Below, one piece after another: positions 20,141 through 29,859 of a stretch of 64,000 bases of DNA. A model generated the notes under the pieces. The model made no database searches. It worked only from the letters and a program-made list of their open reading frames with translations, and was not told the DNA's origin. The position numbers and the translations under genes are program-made. Position 1 is the first letter of the stretch. Each line of letters opens with the position of its first letter. This stretch comes from Arenicellales bacterium (GTDB lineage Bacteria; Pseudomonadota; Gammaproteobacteria; Arenicellales; Poriferihabitantaceae), in NCBI GenBank assembly GCA_965116595.1, contig OZ220708.1, positions 2,212,041 through 2,276,040 of the forward strand, read 5' to 3'.

Positions 20141-21331
20141 TCAAGTGTACTGATTCCTGAGAGATTTGATTTCTCCCTGATATCTGGCTGATATGGTTTG
20201 AATAATGATCTTTATGAGATCCAGCGAAGTCTCGGTTATATCCCGGTTATCGATAATTTCGATATCTTCATTATCCGCCTCGAAAAGCAATGCAGTCTGT
20301 AGTTGCCAGATTTCATCCAGATTCTGCAAATACCGTTTTGCCCTGCGTTGCGTGTTTTTGGATGAACGGCCTTTGATAAATCTCTTCAGTCTGTTCCGGT
20401 CGAGTACAGCAAGGCACACCTGTACGGCCACCGTGTCACTCCTGGAATTAATTCGATCCAGAAGTGAAGGGCGAACATGTACTCCTTCCACGATCATCGA
20501 TACTTTTTCATTGAATGCCCTCTGTATGACTGCTTCGCAAGCGACCTCCACCATTTGTGTCTGCATCTGAAATCCATATAAAAGACGATCATCGGAATTA
20601 ATGCCGATATCCGCAATGTTTATCGCTTTGCCCGCCTTGAACGTAGAGGTATGCAGGGAAGGGGAGACTTTTTCCGGGATCGTGATTCGCATCACCTCCC
20701 TTAACATATCGGTAGACTGGGTTCGCACAATCCCGAGCCGGTTTGCAACTTCGGTCGCGATGGTACTTTTACCGCTTCCGGGCGCCCCTCCGATCAACAG
20801 AAACAAAGGGGTGTTGTTTTCGAGAACAAATCTCCACAGGAGGTAATTGTCGGCATGTTTTTGATCGACACGCTGCCTGATCGCAGAATAGGTCAGCCCG
20901 GTCAAATCCCGTGAGGAGATTTCGCGCGTTTTGTTGCTGACCAGATGGCTGTGAACATGACGGGTAATGGCATTACATTTTGCGTTATCGATTGCACAGC
21001 TTTGCAGCCTTTGAACATGGATTGCCCGGGAAAAAGGACCAGAACTGCCATCTACGCTTATTACACGGATGTTCTCCTTTGTAATATCCTCTTTTTTATA
21101 TCTTGAAAGTACTGCGCCCGGATAGTCGTCCGTTAGAATTTCCACTATCCGATCCCTTAATTCGACCGTACTCACATCGCCATAATCATCAAACTCCTCC
21201 CTGAGATTGCTGGCAACACGATAAGCATCGACGAACTCAAGACCTGCCTGATGCAAGGATTTGGTCAACATACCGCGCAAAAAGGGAACCCGTGTATCAT
21301 TCTCCTGGTCCACGACGACAAGTTTGGACAT
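20141..21331 (-). CDS. 2-phosphoglycerate kinase-like P-loop kinase (COG2074) with two N-terminal ATP-cone-like domains
   Basis: Two cone-like starts (RVPFLRGMLTKSL, GPFSRAIHVQRL), then LLIGGAPGSGKSTIATEVANRLGI, STDMLREVMR, LHTSTF, SMIVEGVH and RYLQNLDEIWQLQ. Confidence 0.8.
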   Translation of the reverse strand: MSKLVVVDQENDTRVPFLRGMLTKSLHQAGLEFVDAYRVASNLREEFDDYGDVSTVELRDRIVEILTDDYPGAVLSRYKKEDITKENIRVISVDGSSGPFSRAIHVQRLQSCAIDNAKCNAITRHVHSHLVSNKTREISSRDLTGLTYSAIRQRVDQKHADNYLLWRFVLENNTPLFLLIGGAPGSGKSTIATEVANRLGIVRTQSTDMLREVMRITIPEKVSPSLHTSTFKAGKAINIADIGINSDDRLLYGFQMQTQMVEVACEAVIQRAFNEKVSMIVEGVHVRPSLLDRINSRSDTVAVQVCLAVLDRNRLKRFIKGRSSKNTQRRAKRYLQNLDEIWQLQTALLFEADNEDIEIIDNRDITETSLDLIKIIIQTISARYQGEIKSLRNQYT

Positions 21332-21338
21332 ATCTGCT

Positions 21339-23483
21339 TTATCCGTCTGGTAGAGAATTCAGACTCGTGTGCAGTCTCGTGTAATATTCGAAATCAAGCA
21401 ATATCCTTGCGCTCTCGACCAGAAATGGATCAGTTTGATTCCTGGAAGTATTGACGGGATTTGCAAAGCTATCGTTTTGAGCCTCTTCGGCATCCAGCGA
21501 TTCAACTGACAGCAGCGCTGTTTTGCCTAATCCGGTTCGCCTCGCGTTTTCCAGTTCAAGCCGCTGCTGATCCCGGATTTTTCTCAACTGCCGGCGTTTC
21601 TCCTCGGACAGTGGAACCGTTTTCATCTGCCTGGTAATCCGGTTGATCAGATTTACTTCCCGGGCGTAAGTGAACTCGGGATTTTCTTTTGCCCGTCGCT
21701 GATGCTCGGAAATGATTCGATCCATCACACTGGAACCCGGTCTGGATCGATAGGGCAGGAATGCAACCGACCCGATCTGGCGCCACGGAATGGCATTGTC
21801 ATTACTGCGTTCGCCGGATTCGCTGTCCGTCTCACTGATATTCCATGTGATGTCAGGAGTGACACCGCGATACTGGGTACTGTCGCCGTTGACTCTGAAG
21901 AATTGGGCAATGGTTAACTTGAGTTCTCCGAGGTCAACATCAGAATCGAGGTGGTTGTTCAGATTTACGAGGTTTTGAACGGTGCCCTTGCCAAAAGTCG
22001 GCTCTCCAAGGATCAATCCACGATTGTAATCCTGGATCGCTCCCGCGAAAATCTCGGAAGCGCTGGCGCTGTTTTGATCAACCAATACCGCAAGGGGGCC
22101 ACTGTAAATGATCGCAGGATCCGGGTCACGATCTATCTCGGTGCCGTTGGTAAATTCAACCTGTACGATCGGGCCTGTACGAATGAACAATCCGGTCAAT
22201 GCGATTGCTTCGTTGAGTGCGCCACCGCCATTGCCCCGCAAATCCATGATCAGGCCGTCCGTGTTTTCATGTTCAAGCTCGGCCAGGAGTTTTTTGACAT
22301 CCCGGGTAGTACTTCGGTAATCAGGGTTATTGACATTTCTGCCAGCGAAATCGGTATAGAACGAAGGCAGTCGAATTACACCTATTCTGGAGGTAATGTC
22401 ATCGGTGGTAATGTCAATGATCTTTTTTGTGGCCGCCTGTTCTTCAAGTTTGATTTCGTCTCTGACGATAGCAATGATTTCCGGCTCGCTGTCCAGGCCA
22501 TTTTCAGCAGGAAGGATTTCCAGATTGACGGTAGACTCCTTCGGACCTCTGATCAGTGTCACGACATCGTCGAGTCGCCATCCAATGACGTCGACAATCT
22601 CCTCGCCCCTTTGTCCAACCCCGATGATACGGTCACCGGAATCCAGCTTTCCGGACAGATCTGCGGGTCCTCCGGGAATGACATTCCTTATCATGGTATA
22701 TTCATTGTCGTTTTGCAGAACTGCGCCGATTCCTTCCAGCGACAACCGCATCTGGATCATGAAGTTTTCGGCTCCCCTGGGAGAATGATAGGCGGTATTG
22801 GGCTCGATGCCCGTAAGATAGGAATTGATAAAACTCTGAAAAACATCTTCACTCTTCAACTGCCCCGTTCTTCGTGCAATATGAATGTATCGATTTTTCA
22901 GAGTGTCCTTGATCTCATACTCTGACTTTTCTGCCAGGCGCAGGTTGATAATGTCGTTTTTGATTCGCTTGCGCCAGTTATCATTGAGTTCGGCAATATC
23001 CTGTGCCCAGTGAGCCTCCCCGCGGTCCAGTAGATACTCCTCGTCAATCGTGAAATCGAAGGGTTGGTTCAGTCTGTCAATGGCAAATTCAATCCTCTGA
23101 TTCACCCGGGTCCGGTAAATCATGAAAATGGCGTAGGCGGGCTCCAGGAAGCCGTTATTGATGTAGTCATCGAATTCATGTTTCAGGGTTTCGATCTGGT
23201 CAATATCTTCCTTGAGAAAAAAACTTTTCGACGAATCCAGTTGATTGATGTAATTATCCAGGATTTTCTCGGAAAACCGGTCATCCAGAGGGATTGGGTG
23301 AAAATGCCGGGCTTTGATAATGGCATTGATCAGGGCCGTAATTGTCGCCTGCGTAGTATAGTTTCCCGAAATTTCCGTCTGTTCGAGTTCGCTCAGCTCG
23401 GAAGCAGGGGCATTGATGCTGAACAGGAGCGCCAGACCTGATGCAAACAGGAATTTACTGCATTTGGAATTCATCGTTGGCAT
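21339..23483 (-). CDS. prc: Carboxy-terminal processing (tail-specific) protease Prc/Tsp, S41
   Basis: Signal peptide; PDZ region LEGIGAVL...DVIGWRLDDVV; DLRGNGGG, SASASEIFAGAIQDY, FGKGTVQ and STQYRGVTPDI. Confidence 0.93.
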   Translation of the reverse strand: MPTMNSKCSKFLFASGLALLFSINAPASELSELEQTEISGNYTTQATITALINAIIKARHFHPIPLDDRFSEKILDNYINQLDSSKSFFLKEDIDQIETLKHEFDDYINNGFLEPAYAIFMIYRTRVNQRIEFAIDRLNQPFDFTIDEEYLLDRGEAHWAQDIAELNDNWRKRIKNDIINLRLAEKSEYEIKDTLKNRYIHIARRTGQLKSEDVFQSFINSYLTGIEPNTAYHSPRGAENFMIQMRLSLEGIGAVLQNDNEYTMIRNVIPGGPADLSGKLDSGDRIIGVGQRGEEIVDVIGWRLDDVVTLIRGPKESTVNLEILPAENGLDSEPEIIAIVRDEIKLEEQAATKKIIDITTDDITSRIGVIRLPSFYTDFAGRNVNNPDYRSTTRDVKKLLAELEHENTDGLIMDLRGNGGGALNEAIALTGLFIRTGPIVQVEFTNGTEIDRDPDPAIIYSGPLAVLVDQNSASASEIFAGAIQDYNRGLILGEPTFGKGTVQNLVNLNNHLDSDVDLGELKLTIAQFFRVNGDSTQYRGVTPDITWNISETDSESGERSNDNAIPWRQIGSVAFLPYRSRPGSSVMDRIISEHQRRAKENPEFTYAREVNLINRITRQMKTVPLSEEKRRQLRKIRDQQRLELENARRTGLGKTALLSVESLDAEEAQNDSFANPVNTSRNQTDPFLVESARILLDFEYYTRLHTSLNSLPDG

Positions 23484-23578
23484 TTATCGTTAGAGCTTCT
23501 GGATTCGATCATATCATTTTTCTGTGTCGGCAAATATCCGTTCCGGATTCAGGGCCAGCGCGGAGCATCTGCAGGATT

Positions 23579-24523
23579 CTACGGTTGCTTCCTTAAATTC
23601 CACAATCCGACACTGAGGCTATGACTGTCTGACCCCGCGGGCGACAATTGTTCCGCGCTGATCAGGTTGAGTCCACAATTTCCGGCCCACTGTGAAATCG
23701 ACTGCGGTGATATTCCAAGGCGGCGGTGGGCGTGTTTTTCCCTGAGAAATTCCAGGTCATGGGGGAGAAAATCGACGATGATCAGTTGACCGTGCGCGCG
23801 CAATACTCTGGTTGCTTCCCTGATAATTTTATCCGGTCTGTCCAGATAATGTAATACCTGATGGATTGTGATGGCATCGACGGAATTGTCTTCCAGGATC
23901 AGATTGCCAATGTCCTGATGCCGGACCGAACAATTCCTGGCGCCTGCCGTATCGAGATTGGAGCGTGCAAGCATCAGCATTTCCCTGGTTATGTCGATTC
24001 CGACTCCCTTTTTGATATAGGGAGAGAAAATTTCGAGAATTCTCCCTGTACCTGTGCCAAGGTCAAGAAACAGGTCCGGATATTCGATATCAAGACAGTC
24101 AATCAGTTTTTTCTCGACATAACTCTCCGGTACTGCGAGTCTGCGAATCGTATCCCACTCTGCTGCATTTTTACGAAAGTATTCGGCAGCCATGGCTGCA
24201 TTCCGGCTTTTGATTTTTTGCAGTTTGTGCTGATCGCGGGCGATGTCAATATCCTGCATGTCAATCAGGTCCAGAACTGACGAGATGAATTCGGCCGTTT
24301 TCCCGGTATCCGTGAGTCGGTGGAAGACCCATGCGCCCTCCGGATAACGCTGCACCAATCCGGCGTCGCACAGTAATTTCAAATGGCGGCTGACCCTTGG
24401 CTGGCTTTGTTCCAGTATTTCCATCAACTCAGAAACGGTCAGTTCACTATTGCGTAAAACCGACAGAATGCGCAACCGGGTGATTTCGGCCACGGCACGA
24501 AGCGCTGTAAGCAGAGGTCTCAT
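23579..24523 (-). CDS. ArsR-family HTH fused to SAM-methyltransferase-like domain (SahR-like regulator)
   Basis: TRLRIL...SQPRVSRHLKLLCDAGLV...EGAW, then FLDLGTGTG, HQVLHY, IVDF and EKHAHRRLG. Confidence 0.85.
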   Translation of the reverse strand: MRPLLTALRAVAEITRLRILSVLRNSELTVSELMEILEQSQPRVSRHLKLLCDAGLVQRYPEGAWVFHRLTDTGKTAEFISSVLDLIDMQDIDIARDQHKLQKIKSRNAAMAAEYFRKNAAEWDTIRRLAVPESYVEKKLIDCLDIEYPDLFLDLGTGTGRILEIFSPYIKKGVGIDITREMLMLARSNLDTAGARNCSVRHQDIGNLILEDNSVDAITIHQVLHYLDRPDKIIREATRVLRAHGQLIIVDFLPHDLEFLREKHAHRRLGISPQSISQWAGNCGLNLISAEQLSPAGSDSHSLSVGLWNLRKQP

Positions 24524-24574
24524 GTGATTGGCGGATATTACTGGGGAATGCCCTTCGTTTCGTCTTATGTCGAG

Positions 24575-24624
24575 TGTGTCGAATATGTCATAATTGTGTC
24601 GAATATGTCATAAATATTGTAACA
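24575..24624 (+). promoter_or_regulatory. Pho-box-like direct repeats upstream of pstS
   Basis: TGTGTCGAATATGTCATAA occurs twice (24575 and 24595). ATGTCAT-AATT-GTGTCGA resembles CTGTCAT-N4-CTGTCAT with 11-bp spacing. Confidence 0.55.
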
Positions 24625-24696
24625 CTGGCATCATACTGTAGACATGACAGAACCTTGGACTGATGCTGGCAGATTAACTGACTACGGAGTTATCCC

Positions 24697-25737
24697 ATGA
24701 AAAAAAGTATTGTTTCAGTTGCTTTGGCAACATTTATCGCAGGCACGGGTTCTGCCCAGGGCGCCCGCGATTATATCCAGATTGTCGGGTCATCGACCGT
24801 TTATCCGTTCGCGACGGTGGTAGCGGAGAAATTCGGTAAAACCAGTGGCTTCAAGACCCCTATTATCGAATCGACCGGTTCAGGTGGCGGCATGAAACTG
24901 TTTTGTGACGGAGTGGGTGAATCGCACCCGGATATTACCAACGCATCCCGTCGAATCAAGCTCTCGGAATTCGAAAAGTGCCAGGCCAATGGAGTGAAAG
25001 ACGTGATCGAAGTCAAGGTCGGTTACGATGGTATCGTGCTGGGTAATTCCAACGAGGTTGACCAACTGGAATTGACTCTGAGGGATATTTTCCTTGCGCT
25101 CGCCAAAGACGTTCCGAATCCCGATGGCAGCGAATCCACCATACCGAATCCCCACTCCAACTGGAAAGAGGTCAACGCGGCGTTGCCGGATTCGGAAATC
25201 GAAGTGCTGGGACCACCTCCCACATCGGGCACCCGCGACGCCTTTGCCGAGCTTGCTCTGGAAGGCGGCTGCAAGACATTCGACTGGATCAAGGCCCTGA
25301 AAAAACAAGACAAAAATGCGTATAAAGCCCTTTGCCATACTGTTCGCGAAGATGGGGCTTATGTGGAGGCCGGGGAAAACGACAACCTGATCGTGCAAAA
25401 GCTGCGGGAAAACGAAAAGGCGCTCGGCGTGTTCGGTTTCAGTTTCCTGGACCAGAATTCGGATGTCATCCAGGGTTCGATGATTGACGGTGTTCCGCCT
25501 GAGTTCGAGGCCATTGCGGATGGTTCATATCCGGTTTCACGCCCGCTTTACTTCTATGCCAAAAAAGCGCATGTCGGCCTGATCCCGGGTATTGCCGAAT
25601 TCATGGCGGAGTTTACGAACGAAGCGGCTTTTGGAGAAGAAGGCTATCTGGTGGACAAGGGGCTGATCCCGATGCCTACCAGCGAAAGAGAAAAATTCCG
25701 ATCCGATACGGCTAATCTGACTCCACTGCGTATGTGA
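24697..25737 (+). CDS. pstS: Phosphate ABC transporter substrate-binding protein
   Basis: Signal peptide; IVGSSTVYP, ESTGSGGG, NASRRIK, GPPPTSGTRD and YPVSRPL; first gene of pstSCAB-phoU. Confidence 0.95.
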   Translation: MKKSIVSVALATFIAGTGSAQGARDYIQIVGSSTVYPFATVVAEKFGKTSGFKTPIIESTGSGGGMKLFCDGVGESHPDITNASRRIKLSEFEKCQANGVKDVIEVKVGYDGIVLGNSNEVDQLELTLRDIFLALAKDVPNPDGSESTIPNPHSNWKEVNAALPDSEIEVLGPPPTSGTRDAFAELALEGGCKTFDWIKALKKQDKNAYKALCHTVREDGAYVEAGENDNLIVQKLRENEKALGVFGFSFLDQNSDVIQGSMIDGVPPEFEAIADGSYPVSRPLYFYAKKAHVGLIPGIAEFMAEFTNEAAFGEEGYLVDKGLIPMPTSEREKFRSDTANLTPLRM

Positions 25738-25762
25738 CAACCATTTTACATCAGTGTATCAT

Positions 25763-25797
25763 GCGGCCACCGGATTCTAGGGTGGCCGCTTTTTTTT
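25763..25797 (+). terminator. Intrinsic terminator-like hairpin between pstS and pstC
   Basis: GCGGCCACC-9 nt loop-GGTGGCCGC followed by T8. Confidence 0.8.
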
Positions 25798-25821
25798 GAG
25801 AAACAGGAAAAACACAGTTAA

Positions 25822-26826
25822 ATGAGTATTCTGGCGCTTCTTTTCGTGTTTTTCATCTTGGCTCCGTGCCTGATGCTGGTCGCATTGAGCCTGGCCAGGA
25901 AGAACCGGGCGTTAAGGAACCGGGTTGAAAGGGTGATCAAGACTTTTCTGATTGCCTGTACCAGCATCGCCATCCTGACCACGGTCGGTATCGTCCTGTC
26001 GGTGTTGTTTGAGTCCATCCGGTTTTTCAATGTTATCCCGATCACCGACTTTCTGTTTGGCCTGGAGTGGTCCCCCCAGACCGCTATTCGTTCCGATCAG
26101 GTGGGATCGTCCGGCGCGTTCGGAGCTGTTCCCCTGTTCGCCGGGACCTTCCTGATTACCATAATCGCGATGTTCATTGCTGTACCGTTCGGGTTGATGT
26201 CGGCAATTTACCTGTCGGAGTACGCCAACCGGCATGTGCGGACATTCGGCAAGCCCCTGCTTGAGATTCTGGCCGGCATTCCAACTGTGGTTTACGGTTT
26301 TTTCGCCGCTTTGACGGTGGCGCCGTTGATCCGCAATTCGCTGGAATCCTTCGGCATGAGTGTTTCCAGCGAAAGCGCTCTGGCGGCCGGGGTGGTTATG
26401 GGGGTGATGATTCTGCCCTTCGTGTCGTCGCTGTCGGATGATGTAATCAACTCCGTGCCCCAGGCATTGCGTGACGGTTCTTATGGACTCGGGGCGACCC
26501 GCTCGGAGACGATCCGGAGGGTTGTCCTGCCGGCCGCGCTGCCGGGTATCGTCGGCAGCATTCTGCTGGCGGTTTCACGAGCAATCGGGGAAACCATGAT
26601 CGTGGTGATGGCGGCGGGACTGGCGGCGAATCTGACTGCCAATCCGTTCGAGTCGGTCACCACCGTTACCGTGCAGATCGTCACCCTGTTGATCGGGGAT
26701 CAGGAATTCGACAGCCCGAAAACCCTGGCGGCGTTCGCGTTGGGACTGACCCTGTTCGCCATCACCCTGGTCCTCAATGTCATCGCCTTGCGGGTGGTCC
26801 GCAAATACAAGGAACAATACGAATGA
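25822..26826 (+). CDS. pstC: Phosphate ABC transporter permease PstC
   Basis: FGAVPLFAGT, AIYLSEY, KPLLEILAGIPTVVYG and SRAIGETMIV. Confidence 0.95.
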   Translation: MSILALLFVFFILAPCLMLVALSLARKNRALRNRVERVIKTFLIACTSIAILTTVGIVLSVLFESIRFFNVIPITDFLFGLEWSPQTAIRSDQVGSSGAFGAVPLFAGTFLITIIAMFIAVPFGLMSAIYLSEYANRHVRTFGKPLLEILAGIPTVVYGFFAALTVAPLIRNSLESFGMSVSSESALAAGVVMGVMILPFVSSLSDDVINSVPQALRDGSYGLGATRSETIRRVVLPAALPGIVGSILLAVSRAIGETMIVVMAAGLAANLTANPFESVTTVTVQIVTLLIGDQEFDSPKTLAAFALGLTLFAITLVLNVIALRVVRKYKEQYE

Positions 26827-28091
26827 CCCAGGTCGAGATCATCAAGGCGGGGTTGGCCAGGCGTTACGCGCGGGAAACCCGATTCCGTCTGTACGGGCTG
26901 TCATCGATTATTTGCGGGCTGGCCTTTCTGGTATTTTTGCTGGTTACCACCGGCTCCAACGGCTATACCGCGTTATTGCAGACGCATATCGGGCTGGATA
27001 TCCATCTGATGGCTGAGGATTTCGGGGGTGACCTGAGCCGGGAATCCCTGTCGAAGGCGGATTATGCCGGATTCATCAAGGCGGCGCTGCGCCAGACATT
27101 CCCGGAAGTCACCAAGCGCAAGGAGAAAAAAGCCCTCTACCGGATCATGAGTGGTGGAGCGCAATACCAACTACGCGAAAAAGTCATGGCGGACCCATCG
27201 CTGATCGGCAGGCCGGTGACCTGGTGGCTGCTGGCCGATGACGAGGTGGATGTTTTTGTCAAGGGCCGGATTGACCGGGATGTCCCCGAAAAGAACCGGC
27301 GGATCAAGGACATTACCATCGGATGGGTGGATCGGCTAGCGGAAGACGGCCGTGTGGAAAAACGCTTCAACATCCCGTTTTTCACCGCTGGCGATTCACG
27401 TGAGCCGGAGCAGGCGGGTATTTTCGGCGCCACGATGGGGTCCATTTTCACCATGCTGGTGACCATGCTGCTGGCTTTCCCGATCGGGGTCGCGGCGGCG
27501 ATTTACCTGCAGGAGTTCGCTCCGAAGAACCGGATAACGGACTTGCTCGAAGTCAATATCAATAATCTGGCTGCAGTTCCATCAATCATATTCGGACTGC
27601 TCGGGTTGGCAATTTATATCAACGCTTTCGGCCTCCCACGCTCGGTCCCGCTGGTAGGCGGGATGGTGCTGGCGCTGATGACGCTGCCCACTATCATCAT
27701 CTCCAGCCGCGCCGCTCTCGGAGCGGTGCCGCCCAGTATTCGGGAAGCCGCGCTTGGAGTGGGCGCTTCGCCGGTGCAGACCGTGCTGCATCATGTGGCG
27801 CCGCTGGCGATGCCCGGCATGCTGACCGGAACCATTATCGGACTGGCCCAGGCGCTGGGTGAATCGGCGCCCTTGCTGGTGATCGGGATGGTGGCGTTCA
27901 TCGTTGACGTTCCCGGAGGGCCGCTTGAGCCGGCTACGGCGCTGCCGGTGCAAATATACCTGTGGTCAGACAGCCCGGAACGCGCGTTTGTCGAACGTAC
28001 CTCGGCTGCGATCATGGTTCTGCTCCTGTTCCTGATTGCGGTCAATGGATTGATTGTCCTGTTAAGGAAGAAGTTTGAACGCCGCTGGTAA
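26823..28091 (+). CDS. pstA: Phosphate ABC transporter permease PstA (long periplasmic insertion)
   Basis: DSREPEQAG, EVNINNLAAVPSIIFG, VPPSIREAALGVGAS and AQALGESAPL. Confidence 0.95.
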   Translation: MTQVEIIKAGLARRYARETRFRLYGLSSIICGLAFLVFLLVTTGSNGYTALLQTHIGLDIHLMAEDFGGDLSRESLSKADYAGFIKAALRQTFPEVTKRKEKKALYRIMSGGAQYQLREKVMADPSLIGRPVTWWLLADDEVDVFVKGRIDRDVPEKNRRIKDITIGWVDRLAEDGRVEKRFNIPFFTAGDSREPEQAGIFGATMGSIFTMLVTMLLAFPIGVAAAIYLQEFAPKNRITDLLEVNINNLAAVPSIIFGLLGLAIYINAFGLPRSVPLVGGMVLALMTLPTIIISSRAALGAVPPSIREAALGVGASPVQTVLHHVAPLAMPGMLTGTIIGLAQALGESAPLLVIGMVAFIVDVPGGPLEPATALPVQIYLWSDSPERAFVERTSAAIMVLLLFLIAVNGLIVLLRKKFERRW

Positions 28092-28112
28092 CCACAACTT
28101 CGATATGACACT

Positions 28113-29003
28113 ATGAGTACACTCACTGACAGAACCGCGGACACAATGAATGCAGCGACAGAGGAGCAACGGACAGCCGTTGATCCGAACTTTGATGACC
28201 CGGTCCTGAATCCGGATTTCAAGACGTTCGGCAACGTTCATGTCGATGATCCCGCAATGACCAGCCGAAACGTCAATGTGTCTTATGGCGACAAGCAGGC
28301 CATTTTCGATGTGTCTCTGGATATCGCGAAGAACGAGGTGATTGCGATGATCGGACCATCCGGATGCGGGAAATCCACCTTCCTGCGTTGTCTGAACCGG
28401 ATGAATGACACGATTGACGGGTGCAGGGTGTCCGGCAGCATCAAATTGTACGGTGAAGATATCTACAGCAAGGACATGGATGTGGTTCTGCTTCGCGCCC
28501 GGGTGGGTATTGTCTTCCAGAAGCCCAACCCGTTCCCGAAGTCATTGTATGAAAACGTCGCATACGGAGTAAAGCTGCATGGGCTGGCGGGCAGTAAATC
28601 CGAATTGGACGATATTGTGGAAAGCAGTCTGCGTAAGGCGGATTTGTGGAAAGAAGTTGCCGACAGGCTGGACAAGCCCGGAACCGGTTTGTCAGGCGGT
28701 CAGCAACAAAGGTTGTGCATTGCGCGGGCCATTGCCATCAGCCCCGAGATCATTCTGATGGATGAACCCTGTTCCGCTCTTGACCCCATTGCGACGGCAG
28801 CCATTGAAGAGTTGATCGACGAACTGAGAAAGCAATATTCAATCTGCATTGTGACTCACTCCATGCAACAGGCAGCCCGGGTTTCACAGAGAACAGCCTA
28901 TTTCCACCTGGGCAGGTTGGTGGAAGTCGGTCCCACCGGCGCCATCTTTACCAACCCCCGGCACCGGCTGACAGAAGGGTATATCACTGGCCGTTTTGGC
29001 TGA
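28113..29003 (+). CDS. pstB: Phosphate ABC transporter ATP-binding protein PstB
   Basis: [50 protein letters not shown] and YITGRFG. Confidence 0.96.
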   Translation: MSTLTDRTADTMNAATEEQRTAVDPNFDDPVLNPDFKTFGNVHVDDPAMTSRNVNVSYGDKQAIFDVSLDIAKNEVIAMIGPSGCGKSTFLRCLNRMNDTIDGCRVSGSIKLYGEDIYSKDMDVVLLRARVGIVFQKPNPFPKSLYENVAYGVKLHGLAGSKSELDDIVESSLRKADLWKEVADRLDKPGTGLSGGQQQRLCIARAIAISPEIILMDEPCSALDPIATAAIEELIDELRKQYSICIVTHSMQQAARVSQRTAYFHLGRLVEVGPTGAIFTNPRHRLTEGYITGRFG

Positions 29004-29039
29004 CCGGATCCGATTTTACCGTTTAGCGGGATAACAATC

Positions 29040-29837
29040 ATGAACATTCAAGATGAAAGACATATTTTCAAGCGTTTTGATAATGAAATGCAGTATCTCC
29101 ATAACCTGGTCTTGCAAATGGGCAAGCTTGCGGTCAGTCAGCTTGAGGACGCCCTGGATACCCTGAAAACCGAGAATCCGGAAAAAGCATACGAAGTTAT
29201 CAGCAATGATAAAAAACTGAATGATCTTGATTCGCAGGCGGATGACGAAATCATCCGCCTGATAGCTTTACGCCAGCCTGTTGCCAGGGACTTGAGAAAA
29301 CTGATCTCAGTCGGGAAAATTGTCGCGGAACTGGAACGATCCGGCGATGAAGCCAGGAAAATTGCCGGCTTGACTATTCGTTTTTTCAGAGCGGGTAAAA
29401 CCCCGCCGAGCGAAGAAATATTACGCGATATCCATTCTCTTTCCGCTTATGTGATCAATATGCTGGATATGGCCATGCAGGCATTTGATGAGCTGAATCT
29501 TGATCTTGCGGCAGATGTTCTGGTCGAAAGCGCAAAACTGGATGATCAGTTGAAATCAATACTGCGGCGTCTGAGCACATTCATCATGGAGGATTCCAGG
29601 AATGTCGGCCATTTCGTGGATATTGTGCTTGGCATTCGGGCGCTTGAACGATTCGGTGGGCATAGCAGTAATATAGCCGGACATATCGTATTTATCGAAA
29701 AGGGGATAGACGTGCGTCATACAGACGATAAAACCATTTTACGCAATATCAGGGATGTATATATCAAGGAATTCGATTCAGCCCTGAGCGAAGAAGCCCG
29801 TATGCGCAGCAGCGGGGAAGAAAATCAGAAACAGTAG
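29040..29837 (+). CDS. phoU: Phosphate signalling protein PhoU
   Basis: HIFKRFDNEM, IALRQPVARDLR, ELERSGD and RALERFGGHSSNIA; lies after pstB. Confidence 0.92.
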   Translation: MNIQDERHIFKRFDNEMQYLHNLVLQMGKLAVSQLEDALDTLKTENPEKAYEVISNDKKLNDLDSQADDEIIRLIALRQPVARDLRKLISVGKIVAELERSGDEARKIAGLTIRFFRAGKTPPSEEILRDIHSLSAYVINMLDMAMQAFDELNLDLAADVLVESAKLDDQLKSILRRLSTFIMEDSRNVGHFVDIVLGIRALERFGGHSSNIAGHIVFIEKGIDVRHTDDKTILRNIRDVYIKEFDSALSEEARMRSSGEENQKQ

Positions 29838-29859
29838 ATCCGCGCAAAAAGCGCAGGTT

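Noticed and set aside
20141-21331. Zeta toxin or ribonucleotide reductase/NrdR because of the P-loop and ATP cones
   Set aside because: Motifs beyond the P-loop match the 2-phosphoglycerate kinase family. There is no antitoxin gene, RNR catalytic domain or NrdR zinc ribbon.
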